Source: an uncultured bacterium
Lineage (GTDB): Bacteria; Hydrogenedentota; Hydrogenedentia; Hydrogenedentales; CAILVY01
DNA length: 64,000 bases
Assembly (NCBI GenBank): GCA_937951485.1
Contig: CALEDJ010000004.1
Location: 13,582-77,581 of the forward strand
Direction of reading: 5' to 3'
The position numbers and the translations under genes were made by a program. Shown here one piece after another: positions 1 through 8,631 of the stretch (position 1 is the first letter of the stretch; every line of letters begins with the position of its first letter). Below the pieces are notes generated by a model. The model was not told the DNA's origin. It worked only from the letters and a program-made list of their open reading frames with translations, and did not search any database.

Positions 1-82
1 TCAACTCGCCGCCCAGATAGCGCGACGGGCGTTCCACGCGGGGCAGGATTTCGCGGAGCAGATGCGCTTTCATGGCCATCAT
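1..82 (-). CDS. 5' fragment (runs off window) of probable TIGR03960-type radical SAM protein
   Basis: Not in ORF track. Manual translation from ATG at 82 gives MMAMKAHLLREILPRVERPSRYLGGEL, resembling the 'LPxVExPxRYxGGExN' N-terminus of this family. ATGA overlap with the amidohydrolase stop. Confidence 0.6.
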   Translation of the reverse strand, partial: MMAMKAHLLREILPRVERPSRYLGGEL

Positions 83-1410
83 GACGCCGCCCTTTCACCT
101 CCCCAAGCCGCGATTTTTCCATCATGATCGAACAGTTCCAGGGCGTTGCCGCGCATCAGACGCTGTATCAGTGTTTCCGCCTCGTCCATGGAAATCCACT
201 TTTCTTCCATTAACTCGGTGATTGCCTGTGCAATGCCCTTTCGCGCCACCGCCGCATGGCCGGGCACCAGTTCCACGGGCAGCACATCCGCGCCGAAGCA
301 CAACACTTTGTTCGCGGGAGCCGCCATCAGAAATTCCTTTAGAAAACGCACGCTTGCCTCAGGATTGATGATCCACGCCCAGCACATGTCCACCCAGGTG
401 TTCGGATAATGTTTGGCCAGCGCAATTACCTCGTCCTGATACGGATAATTGATGTGGAAGATGTCAAACCGCGCATCGCGGTGTTCCTGTGCGAGCAGAC
501 ACATGTCGCCGGCGTTGTGGCGCACGCGGTGCAACGGCATGCCGCCGTGTCCCGCGAAATAACCCAGATGCAGTTTGACCGGGAGGCGGTATTCCGTCGC
601 CTTGTGGATACAGTAATGCGCGAGGTGGTCCTGCAGCGCTTTGAGTTCCGCCGGGGAAACGCTTCCAGGCTTTTTGCGGTACCGTGCAAAAATCGGCGCC
701 GCTTCCGCGGCGCTCACCGGCGCGTAGTCCAGTCCCCGCGTGTAGGCGCTCTGGTTTTTTGTGGCGATGGCGCGCGGCCCGTAGGTCTTGAAGCACCAGT
801 CTATCACGCCGTGCCATTCTTTCAGCGTGTCCGCATCTTTCCCTGTCGCGTTTCGCACCGCCGTCAAATCAAGTCCGGAACCCAGCGCCACGGTGCTCAA
901 ATCCTGCATCAGCAGGTCGGGCATGTCGGTCTCCATGAAGACCGGCGTCTGCAGGCTGTTTACATGCGCGTATTCGACGTTGGCGACGTCCCGCAGAATT
1001 GACCGGTAATAGCCCGGCTTGACCGCTGCGCGGAGTTTTTCCGAAATGGCCTCCACATTGCCCGCGTGAATGTCTTCTTCGCCATAGAGCATCCGCACCG
1101 ATGCACGCACATGCCGGCCGTAGCCCGTCAATCGGACACGTTCATAATACGGCGCGATCAGCGCCCATTTGTCCTTCGGTTCCAGGTCATAGCCGAAGAC
1201 CCGCTTCAAGTCGGCCTCCGGCATGCCGGACACGATCAAATCCGAATCCGTGTAATGCGAGAACAGCATCCCGATATCCGAAGCGGGGATACCGCTTCCC
1301 CGTCGCTCCTCCAGCGCCGCCAGGCGCGTGGATTCCTCCCAGAGATGCGTGTGCGTGTCCACGAATGGCGTGTCATTGACCAACTTCCGGATGTCATTGT
1401 TGATATTCAT
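79..1410 (-). CDS. Amidohydrolase family protein (TIM-barrel metallohydrolase)
   Basis: DTHTH metal motif, KLHLG, FHINYP, WVDMCW, FGAD. Confidence 0.85.
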   Translation of the reverse strand: MNINNDIRKLVNDTPFVDTHTHLWEESTRLAALEERRGSGIPASDIGMLFSHYTDSDLIVSGMPEADLKRVFGYDLEPKDKWALIAPYYERVRLTGYGRHVRASVRMLYGEEDIHAGNVEAISEKLRAAVKPGYYRSILRDVANVEYAHVNSLQTPVFMETDMPDLLMQDLSTVALGSGLDLTAVRNATGKDADTLKEWHGVIDWCFKTYGPRAIATKNQSAYTRGLDYAPVSAAEAAPIFARYRKKPGSVSPAELKALQDHLAHYCIHKATEYRLPVKLHLGYFAGHGGMPLHRVRHNAGDMCLLAQEHRDARFDIFHINYPYQDEVIALAKHYPNTWVDMCWAWIINPEASVRFLKEFLMAAPANKVLCFGADVLPVELVPGHAAVARKGIAQAITELMEEKWISMDEAETLIQRLMRGNALELFDHDGKIAAWGGERAAS

Positions 1411-1470
1411 GGTCTTGAGCCTTTTCCACCGGATATTTGGATTCCGGAGAGTCTTCCCTTATTTTGGGAA

Positions 1471-2085
1471 TCATCTCTGGAATATCTTTTGCAATCTGGC
1501 AAAAGCGGGATCAACACACTGTTGAACGCTTGCCTGTTCAATTATTTTGGCGTAAATTGCGCTGGACCGTGGTTTTCTTCGTTCCCGCAGCACCGATTCC
1601 ACCGCCGCTTTGGGGTCGGGCGGCTTTACAGATTCTGTTGGCCACATCTTCTTTTCGTGAAGCCACTGCCGCACCGCTTCGTAACTTGAGTGCCCAAGCG
1701 CCTGCGCGGTATGGATGGAGTCTATCCATATCCAGGCTTCCAATTCCGGGTCTATGGCGATGACATCCGCTTCGCCTTCTCGCCAACCGCTATGACAGAG
1801 TTTTTCCCGCACATCGGACTCGATCCGGGCTGCGCCGGGAGAACCACTCCATTCCGCATCGAGCAGCATCAGTGCATGACGGTGCGTGCTTTGAAAGAGG
1901 CGCAAGAGTTCATGGCCGCGTACATACATGCCCGGATCGGCTTGGTTCGCCTTTATCAGGTCTTGCCTGCAGTCAAAATCAAAAGGGCCGCAATCAAGAG
2001 AGACGTGAACAGAGGCTTTTCGAAAAAATGCGTCCACCACCTTCTCCATATTGGTGTCCGCAACCAAGATGACGCAGTCCCTCAC
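1471..2085 (-). CDS. MAD4-like protein (MADS defence family; TOPRIM/DUF4276-like), last 4 residues cut off by TGA
   Basis: N-terminus MRDCVILVAD, CGPFDFD, DPG, LLDAEW, IDPELEAWIW. GTGA overlap with the upstream ATPase. Reads ...LQKIFQR*FPK* (second stop at 1459-1461). Confidence 0.7.
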   Translation of the reverse strand: MRDCVILVADTNMEKVVDAFFRKASVHVSLDCGPFDFDCRQDLIKANQADPGMYVRGHELLRLFQSTHRHALMLLDAEWSGSPGAARIESDVREKLCHSGWREGEADVIAIDPELEAWIWIDSIHTAQALGHSSYEAVRQWLHEKKMWPTESVKPPDPKAAVESVLRERRKPRSSAIYAKIIEQASVQQCVDPAFARLQKIFQR

Positions 2086-3350
2086 GACAATACCCCGGCG
2101 GCAAATAAATCGCCCAGGTCAATTCCGTGCTGCCAGTCCTTCAATTTGTGATGCGCATCTCCGCGCGCAACGGCTACTGCGCCGTTCTCAGCCTTTCTGA
2201 AGCAAAGCAACTGGTGCGGCTTGGCGCAACGTAGAATCACCGGCGAATGGGTCGCCAGAAAGACCTGTCTGCCATACACGCTTGAGAGGGATTGAAAAAC
2301 CGCCTCGATCGCCTGGGGATGGATGCCGTTTTCCGGCTCTTCCACCAGGATGGCTTGCGGGGTGTCCGGCGCGTAGGCGATCAGACTTAGGGCAATCAAC
2401 CGCAGGGTGCCTTCTGACAACGCCCAGGAAGGCGCTTCCAGTCCGGTATTGAAGCGCACGATAAGATACCGCGCCCGATTCTCCGGTCGTTCACTGGTGG
2501 TGATGGACTCCACGTCGGGCAGGACAGTGCGGATGTGGTCCAGCCACTCGGCGTAACGCGAGGCGTCTTTTTCCTGCAGTGCGTTTACCACCAATGGCAG
2601 ATTGGAGCCGTCCATGCGGAATGCACGGGAGGGTCCGGGAAGACAAGGGCTTCGCATCAGTTCGGCATTCAAGACAAGCCGCTCCACCCCTTCCATCAGA
2701 TACCCCTTGAACCAAGTCGCCGCCGGAAACTTTTTCTCGTCGTCGGGGAGATTGGCCAAAGTCGCCTTCGATGGCCCCAGTCGGAACAAGGTATTCCAGT
2801 CCGATGTTTCCGCCCTGAAATAGTCATTTCCTGTATCCGCCTTTTTGGAGAGTACCTTGCGCCAGCCGCCAGGTGTTTGCGCGCCGGGGGGCCGGCAGAC
2901 TCGGTCCGGCACCGCTGCAGGCATGGGAAAAAGAAAACTGTCTTTTCGCTCGGAAGGCAATGAATGACACAGCCAGAAAGTCTCGTTTTCGAGCCTCAAT
3001 TCAGGCGCGACCTTCAACGTGATTTCGTATCGGCAATATGAATAGCCGTTTGACAGGGATTTTCGGATTTTTTCGGGCAATTCCGCCATCAGGGCGATTT
3101 CGATTGACGCATCGGAGCGCATCCATGACAAATCAAGCGGGTCCACAGCACGCATGGGGACATCGAAACGATGGTCACCCTGAATTGACCGTTCCAAGCC
3201 TACATTGAGAATGTCTCTGAGCAATTTGATCGCATCAAAGAAGGTGCTTTTGCCGCTGCCGTTGGGTCCCACCATGACTTGGAATTCGCTCAGATTGACG
3301 TTGACATAGGAGAGCGCCCGATATCCCTTGATCTCGACTCGGCGCAACAT
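2082..3350 (-). CDS. AAA_21/ABC-type ATPase, MAD3-like
   Basis: Walker A GPNGSGKS, signature LSEGTLR, Walker B/D-loop ILVEEPENGIHP, H-loop ATHSP. ATG at 3350 lies 9 nt after SD AAGGAG (3360-3365), so it is preferred over the track's GTG at 3359. Confidence 0.85.
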   Translation of the reverse strand: MLRRVEIKGYRALSYVNVNLSEFQVMVGPNGSGKSTFFDAIKLLRDILNVGLERSIQGDHRFDVPMRAVDPLDLSWMRSDASIEIALMAELPEKIRKSLSNGYSYCRYEITLKVAPELRLENETFWLCHSLPSERKDSFLFPMPAAVPDRVCRPPGAQTPGGWRKVLSKKADTGNDYFRAETSDWNTLFRLGPSKATLANLPDDEKKFPAATWFKGYLMEGVERLVLNAELMRSPCLPGPSRAFRMDGSNLPLVVNALQEKDASRYAEWLDHIRTVLPDVESITTSERPENRARYLIVRFNTGLEAPSWALSEGTLRLIALSLIAYAPDTPQAILVEEPENGIHPQAIEAVFQSLSSVYGRQVFLATHSPVILRCAKPHQLLCFRKAENGAVAVARGDAHHKLKDWQHGIDLGDLFAAGVLS

Positions 3351-3355
3351 GGCGT

Positions 3356-4624
3356 TCACTCCTTGGATGTGGTCAAACCGGGCTGGGGACAGGCGTCTTG
3401 ACGCTTAGGATACTTCATGGCCACGTACTCCTCAAGCAGTTGCAGGAAGCGGGCGGCGATTTCCGCTTTGTCGCCGGAGAGGGTGTGGCGTTTTTCGCCG
3501 TCAATGAAGACCGGGCAGGCGGGTGCTTCGCCGTTGCCGGGCAGGCTGATGCCGATGTTCGCGGCCCTGGATTCGCCGGGACCGTTCACCACGCAGCCCA
3601 TCACCGCCACCTTGAGCGTCTCGACGCCCTCATGCTGCTGCCGCCAGACGGGCATGCGCGCGCGCACATATTCTTCGGTCTGCTGGGCGAGTTCCTGGAA
3701 GACGGTGCTGGTGGTGCGGCCGCAGCCCGGGCATGCGGTGATGCTCGGCGCGAATTGGCGCAGCCCCAGTGCCTGGAGCAGTTCCTGCGCGGCGCGCACC
3801 TCCTCGCGGCGGTCGCCGCCGGGCGCGGGCGTGAGCGACACGCGGACCGTGTCGCCGATGCCCTCGGCCAGCAGCACTCCCATGGCCGACGCCGACCAGA
3901 CCAGCCCCTTCGCTCCCATGCCCGCCTCGGTCAGGCCAAGGTGCAGCGGCTGGTGCGTCTGTGTGGACAATTTCCGGTACAGGTCAATCAGGTGCGTCGG
4001 CACGCTGGTCTTGCAGGACACCACGATCTGATTTTCGGTCAGGCCGCATTGCAGCGCCAGTTCCACCGATTGCAGCGCGGAGAGAATCATGCACTCGTTG
4101 GTGATTTCTTCGGAAGTTTTTCCCAATCCGCGCGCGGTGTTTTCATGCATTTTTTCCATGACCAGTTCCGGGTTGAGCGATCCCACGTTCACGCCGATTC
4201 GTACTGGTTTTCCCTGGTCCCTGGCGACGGAGCAGATGGTGGCGAACTGCGCATCACGCTGTTGTCCCTTGCCGACATTGCCGGGATTGATCCGGTATTT
4301 GTCGAGCGCCCGGGCGCAGTGCGGGTATTTTGTCAACAGGCGGTGTCCATTGTAGTGAAAATCGCCGATGATGGGTGTCTCGTGGCCGGCGTCGCGCACG
4401 CGCGCGACGATGTCCGGCACACACTCCGCCGCGCGCGGCGTGTTCACGGTGATGCGCACCAGTTCGGAACCCGCCTCCGCCAGCGCGATAATCTGCTGTG
4501 CCGTTGCCTCGGTGTCTTCGGTGTCGGTATTGGTCATTGATTGCACCACGACCGGTGCGCCGCCGCCGATTTGCACCCTGCCGACCATCACCGGGAAGGT
4601 CGTATGTCGTTGAATGAAAGCCAT
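3356..4624 (-). CDS. ispG: 4-hydroxy-3-methylbut-2-enyl diphosphate synthase
   Basis: VVVQSMTNTDT, IGDFHYN, RINPGNVG, HLGLTEAG, CPGCGRT, VAVMGCVVNGPGES. Start re-assigned to MAFIQ at 4624. Confidence 0.97.
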   Translation of the reverse strand: MAFIQRHTTFPVMVGRVQIGGGAPVVVQSMTNTDTEDTEATAQQIIALAEAGSELVRITVNTPRAAECVPDIVARVRDAGHETPIIGDFHYNGHRLLTKYPHCARALDKYRINPGNVGKGQQRDAQFATICSVARDQGKPVRIGVNVGSLNPELVMEKMHENTARGLGKTSEEITNECMILSALQSVELALQCGLTENQIVVSCKTSVPTHLIDLYRKLSTQTHQPLHLGLTEAGMGAKGLVWSASAMGVLLAEGIGDTVRVSLTPAPGGDRREEVRAAQELLQALGLRQFAPSITACPGCGRTTSTVFQELAQQTEEYVRARMPVWRQQHEGVETLKVAVMGCVVNGPGESRAANIGISLPGNGEAPACPVFIDGEKRHTLSGDKAEIAARFLQLLEEYVAMKYPKRQDACPQPGLTTSKE

Positions 4625-4690
4625 GGACGCTTTTTCCTGATTTGCGCAAGGAATGTGCTTCGAAATCCTGAATGGGGGGATTATACCCAA

Positions 4691-5131
4691 TCAGCCGCGT
4701 CGGGCTGGAATGGCAGGCGCCGCACTGCGGCAGGTGCTGTGACAAGGCGGAATGGGCGCCGCGGGCGTGTTCATGGAGATGCGTGCTGTCAGCACGGTCC
4801 TGGTCTCTTCACACTCGATTCTTGCAGCGGCGCAAGCCGAATCCGGACCGCACGCCTCCCGACCGGTCAGTACGCGCAGGGCGGCTTGAAGCCCCGCCAG
4901 ATGTTTTTTGTAAAGAAATGCCTCGCGGGAGTCTGCGGGGTTGATAAAGGTGGGGGATTCCGGCGACAACGCAAGCACCTCCTCCACAGAAAGTCCCCGG
5001 AGAGCATCCAGAAGAAAGGAGGCATCGCCCACGCCCCGGCCACAGTGCGCTTTGACATAGCGGTATTCCTCCAGATGTCCGTCTTCGGATACCGTCACCC
5101 GGAGGTATTCGTTCAGGTCATTGCACGGCAT
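4691..5131 (-). CDS. Hypothetical Cys-rich protein
   Basis: 146-aa ORF overlapping the PCD stop by 14 nt, co-oriented in an apparent operon; seven Cys; no family recognised. Confidence 0.6.
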   Translation of the reverse strand: MPCNDLNEYLRVTVSEDGHLEEYRYVKAHCGRGVGDASFLLDALRGLSVEEVLALSPESPTFINPADSREAFLYKKHLAGLQAALRVLTGREACGPDSACAAARIECEETRTVLTARISMNTPAAPIPPCHSTCRSAAPAIPARRG

Positions 5132-5477
5132 TTTCGTAGGCCTGTTCCACTTTTGCCGCCCAGATAAAATCGTTTTCGGTCAGCCCGTCCACTTTGTGTG
5201 TCCATATTTTGACGGCTGCCTTACCCCAGCACAAGTAAATATCCGGATGATGGTCCTCCTTTTCTGCGATATTCCCCACCGTGTTCACAAATGCCAGCGC
5301 GCTTTTGAAATCCGGGAAACGAAACTCCCGTTCCAGATGATGCCCGGCGACCAGTTGCCATGTTGAACCCAACTGCGCATGCAATGCCGCCAGCGCCTCC
5401 CCTTCCAGACGCGGCATTCCGTCGCGACACGGCACGCATTTTCGCGTGGCCAGCAGATCACATTCGTTTTCCGACAT
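5118..5477 (-). CDS. phhB: Pterin-4-alpha-carbinolamine dehydratase
   Basis: CVPC, F.DF..ALAFVN, AEKEDHHPDI, IWTH..DGLTENDFI.AAK. Start re-assigned to 5477. Confidence 0.92.
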   Translation of the reverse strand: MSENECDLLATRKCVPCRDGMPRLEGEALAALHAQLGSTWQLVAGHHLEREFRFPDFKSALAFVNTVGNIAEKEDHHPDIYLCWGKAAVKIWTHKVDGLTENDFIWAAKVEQAYENAVQ

Positions 5478-5806
5478 GGTTTTCCACTCCCTGTCATTCT
5501 TGTGCTGGGGCGTCATTGCTGGATTTCTGTTCACGAATCCCATTAATCCTCAAAACCGGTCAGCGCTGCGCTCTCAAGCAGCGTCAGGCGTACGGGAACG
5601 AACCCTGACCGGCAACATCTGAAACACCGCAGTGTGCATGTCTTATTCATGTTCTGATTGACACCGCTGCGATTAAGTTGACTTCCTTGCGTCGGCGGGC
5701 CAGACTATGGGCGGGTTTTGCGCGGTGTTTGAACCTGCACGCAAAGACTTTGGTGGGTGAACGCGGCAGGCAAGAGAAGTTGATTATGCAACCGGAGGGT
5801 ATGAAC

Positions 5807-6697
5807 ATGGATCGGAGAGGTTTCTTGAAAACTGCGGCGGTGGCGACTGCGGGCACGGCAATGGTGGGAATGGCGGCGCGCACCGGCGCCGAGGCAACGC
5901 AGTATGCCCCGTTACTCAAGGGCCTTCAACTGGGCCGGTTGCCGGCGGACAAACCCGATGCGGAGCGCTTTGCGCTGGCGAAGGAACTGGGTTTTGACGG
6001 CATCGAAGCGCCGCCGATGGAAGACCTGGAGGCGGCGAAGCGCCTGGGCGGGGCCGCACGGGCGGCGGGCGTACCCATCCATTCGGTTATTTACGGCGGC
6101 TGGCAGGCGCCCCTGTCGGACCCGAATCCGGCGGTGGTGGAAAAAGGCAAGGCGGGGCTGGAAAACGCTTTGCGCACCGCGCATGCCGTGGGGGCGGACA
6201 CTGTTCTGCTGGTGCCCGCCGTGGTGACCGAACAGGTGCGCTACGGGGAAGCATGGGAGCGGTCGCAGGAGAACATCCGCACGATGCTGCCGTTGGCCGA
6301 GTCGCTGGGGGTGGTCATCGCGGTCGAAAATGTCTGGAATAAGTTTCTGCTCAGCCCGCTCGAATTCGCCCAATATGTGGATGAATTCGACAGCCCGTGG
6401 CTGCGCGCCTATTTCGATGTGGCGAATGTCGTCATTTTCGGTTATCCGCAGGACTGGATTCGCACGCTGGGCAAGCGCATCTGCAAGGTGCACATCAAAG
6501 ATTTCAAGCGGGACGGCTACCAGTGGGTGAAACTGCCCTACGAGGGCGATGTGAACTTCCCCGAAGTGCGCAAGGCCCTCGACGAAATCGGATATTCCGG
6601 CTGGGGCACGGAAGAGTTCCCCGCCGGCGATACCGAGTATCTGCGCGAACTGTCGCGCCGCATGACACTGATTGGGCAGGGTGCGGCCAAACCCTGA
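5807..6697 (+). CDS. Tat-exported sugar phosphate isomerase/epimerase (xylose isomerase-like TIM barrel)
   Basis: MDRRGFLK twin-arginine signal; IAVENVWN, YFDVAN, VHIKD, EE motifs; SD GGAGG upstream. Confidence 0.88.
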   Translation: MDRRGFLKTAAVATAGTAMVGMAARTGAEATQYAPLLKGLQLGRLPADKPDAERFALAKELGFDGIEAPPMEDLEAAKRLGGAARAAGVPIHSVIYGGWQAPLSDPNPAVVEKGKAGLENALRTAHAVGADTVLLVPAVVTEQVRYGEAWERSQENIRTMLPLAESLGVVIAVENVWNKFLLSPLEFAQYVDEFDSPWLRAYFDVANVVIFGYPQDWIRTLGKRICKVHIKDFKRDGYQWVKLPYEGDVNFPEVRKALDEIGYSGWGTEEFPAGDTEYLRELSRRMTLIGQGAAKP

Positions 6698-6782
6698 AGC
6701 AATGCTTCCGGCGCGACAGCGGTGCGGGATGTCCAGTAGGGCGCATCTGCGGTATGCCGGTCAAGGAGGATGGGGCGGCGTT

Positions 6783-7739
6783 ATGACGACTGTGCGGGAT
6801 GCGCCGACATTGCGCGACCGGCTTGCCCCCGAGTTTGTGGCGCAACGGACCGCTTTGGAACAATATCAACCGCCCCGCGAGTTCGGCGTGTGGATGATGA
6901 TATTTCATCCCCGGTACCTGCCCATTCTGAGGTGGAGCCTGCGGGTTACGCTGAAATGTCTTGGCCTTTATGGACGCGGTGTGCGCAATGCACACGCCTT
7001 TGAGACGCGGGAAAACCGGGTGTCGCTTCGCAGACTGCCGGCGCCTTTCGCCGGATTCCGTATCCTGCATCTCAGCGATCTGCACCTGGATATCAAGCCG
7101 ACGATTACCGATGCTTTGATTGGGCATTTGCAGGGGCTGCAATACGACTGCTGCGTCATCACCGGCGATTTTCGGGAGGGACTGTGGACCGACCCGGACC
7201 GGGCGCTTGCCGAAACGGCGCGGTTGATGCCACATCTGCGCGGACCGGTCTATGTCGTGCCCGGCAACCACGATTCGCTGGAAATGGCCGAGGCGCTGGA
7301 GCGCATGGGCATGCGTGTTCTTATTAATGAACATGTCATCCTGAAACGCAATGGGGCGGCGGTCTGTCTGGCGGGGCTGGATGATACTCATTACTACCGC
7401 ACCCATGACTTGACGGCGGCGCTGCGCGGCGTGCCGGACGGCATGCCTGTCATCGCGCTCGCCCATTCCGGCGAAGTGTATCGGGAAGCGGCGGCGCATG
7501 GGGTGGACCTCCTGTTATGCGGCCACACGCACGGCGGGCAGATCTGCCTGCCGGGCGGCTTTCCCGTCATGCACCATGTCGAGCATCCGCGGGCGATGAG
7601 CCGGGGAGCATGGCGCTTCGACGAGATGCAGGGCTACACTTCGCCCGGCGTTGGCGCGAGCATTCTACCTGTGCGTTTCTTCTGCCCGCCGCAAGTCGTC
7701 ATTCACATACTGGAAGAATCAAAGACAGCGGCGGAATGA
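6783..7739 (+). CDS. Metallophosphoesterase (calcineurin-like)
   Basis: HLSDLH, ITGDF, PGNHD, LAHS, CGHTHGGQ; start uncertain. Confidence 0.9.
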   Translation: MTTVRDAPTLRDRLAPEFVAQRTALEQYQPPREFGVWMMIFHPRYLPILRWSLRVTLKCLGLYGRGVRNAHAFETRENRVSLRRLPAPFAGFRILHLSDLHLDIKPTITDALIGHLQGLQYDCCVITGDFREGLWTDPDRALAETARLMPHLRGPVYVVPGNHDSLEMAEALERMGMRVLINEHVILKRNGAAVCLAGLDDTHYYRTHDLTAALRGVPDGMPVIALAHSGEVYREAAAHGVDLLLCGHTHGGQICLPGGFPVMHHVEHPRAMSRGAWRFDEMQGYTSPGVGASILPVRFFCPPQVVIHILEESKTAAE

Positions 7740-7757
7740 CAGGCAGGACGTTTGGGT

Positions 7758-8042
7758 TCAGAACAGCCGCTGTATGTTGGATTCTTCCTCGAAAGGCGAA
7801 CGCGTTCGAGGCTCTTCCTTGGCGTCGGACTGGTGATAAAAACCAATCTCGATTTCTTCTTTGCCCGATTCAAACTCCTCTACGGAAATACTGCCGATGA
7901 TCTGCACCGGCAGTCTGGTGGCGATATTGACGAACGAAACACCTGTCCCCTGCGGCAGCATCGTTGGAGGCTGCTCGGATTTCCATTTCTTTGCGGGTCT
8001 TCCCCCTGACCACATTGTGATTACGAATACGCTTTTCATCAC
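7758..8042 (-). CDS. Small hypothetical protein
   Basis: 94-aa ORF 30 nt downstream of and co-oriented with the PilZ gene; beta-rich N-terminus, acidic tail. Confidence 0.55.
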   Translation of the reverse strand: MMKSVFVITMWSGGRPAKKWKSEQPPTMLPQGTGVSFVNIATRLPVQIIGSISVEEFESGKEEIEIGFYHQSDAKEEPRTRSPFEEESNIQRLF

Positions 8043-8072
8043 TCACATTCCAATTGGTTGCACGACTCTTTC

Positions 8073-8552
8073 CTACAATCCGATAGACTCGTCCAATTCC
8101 ATAAGAAACGCATGAATCCGCCGTCGGTCTCCGTTCTCAATGCTGATGAACTGCACCCCGGCAGCATAACCGTCATGTTCCTTCACAGCCTTGTTCCAGC
8201 GCACAACGCCTGAAGCGCGAATCTTCGAACCGTCCCGCAAAACGACGATCAGGTTCAATTTCTGGCCGATATCCAACTGTTGCCTGCTGAATATGGAACA
8301 TCCCTCGTCACTGAGGTCGAGCAGGCGCCCCTTCACGGGATGCTCGGATACCGTCCATTCGTCGGACCGGCCCCAGTTCTCGTGAATGCGCAAGGCGATA
8401 TGGACTTTGCAGGTATGCCGGATTGCACGTCGGCGCATATGGCGTTCTTCCCGCGATCTGTCCTCCTGCCGTCGCGCCTGTAATTGCTCCAGTAAATGGA
8501 CCATTTCCCGGTCCGCCTGGCGTCGAAGCATCTTTCGCCGTTCTGGAAACAT
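8073..8552 (-). CDS. PilZ domain protein (c-di-GMP receptor)
   Basis: RRAIR (RxxxR) and DLSDEG (DxSxxG); GGAGA SD upstream. Confidence 0.85.
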   Translation of the reverse strand: MFPERRKMLRRQADREMVHLLEQLQARRQEDRSREERHMRRRAIRHTCKVHIALRIHENWGRSDEWTVSEHPVKGRLLDLSDEGCSIFSRQQLDIGQKLNLIVVLRDGSKIRASGVVRWNKAVKEHDGYAAGVQFISIENGDRRRIHAFLMELDESIGL

Positions 8553-8631
8553 TGTCTCCGTCCCCTTTCGGGTTGTAACACTGAAGACATTTTGCAGTCA
8601 TCGCCGTGGCGGAGCAACTTCTTCCACCGCC

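Noticed and set aside
1471-1473. Genome-wide TGA=Trp recoding
   Set aside because: ispG, phhB, mraY and others end properly at TGA and use TGG for Trp.
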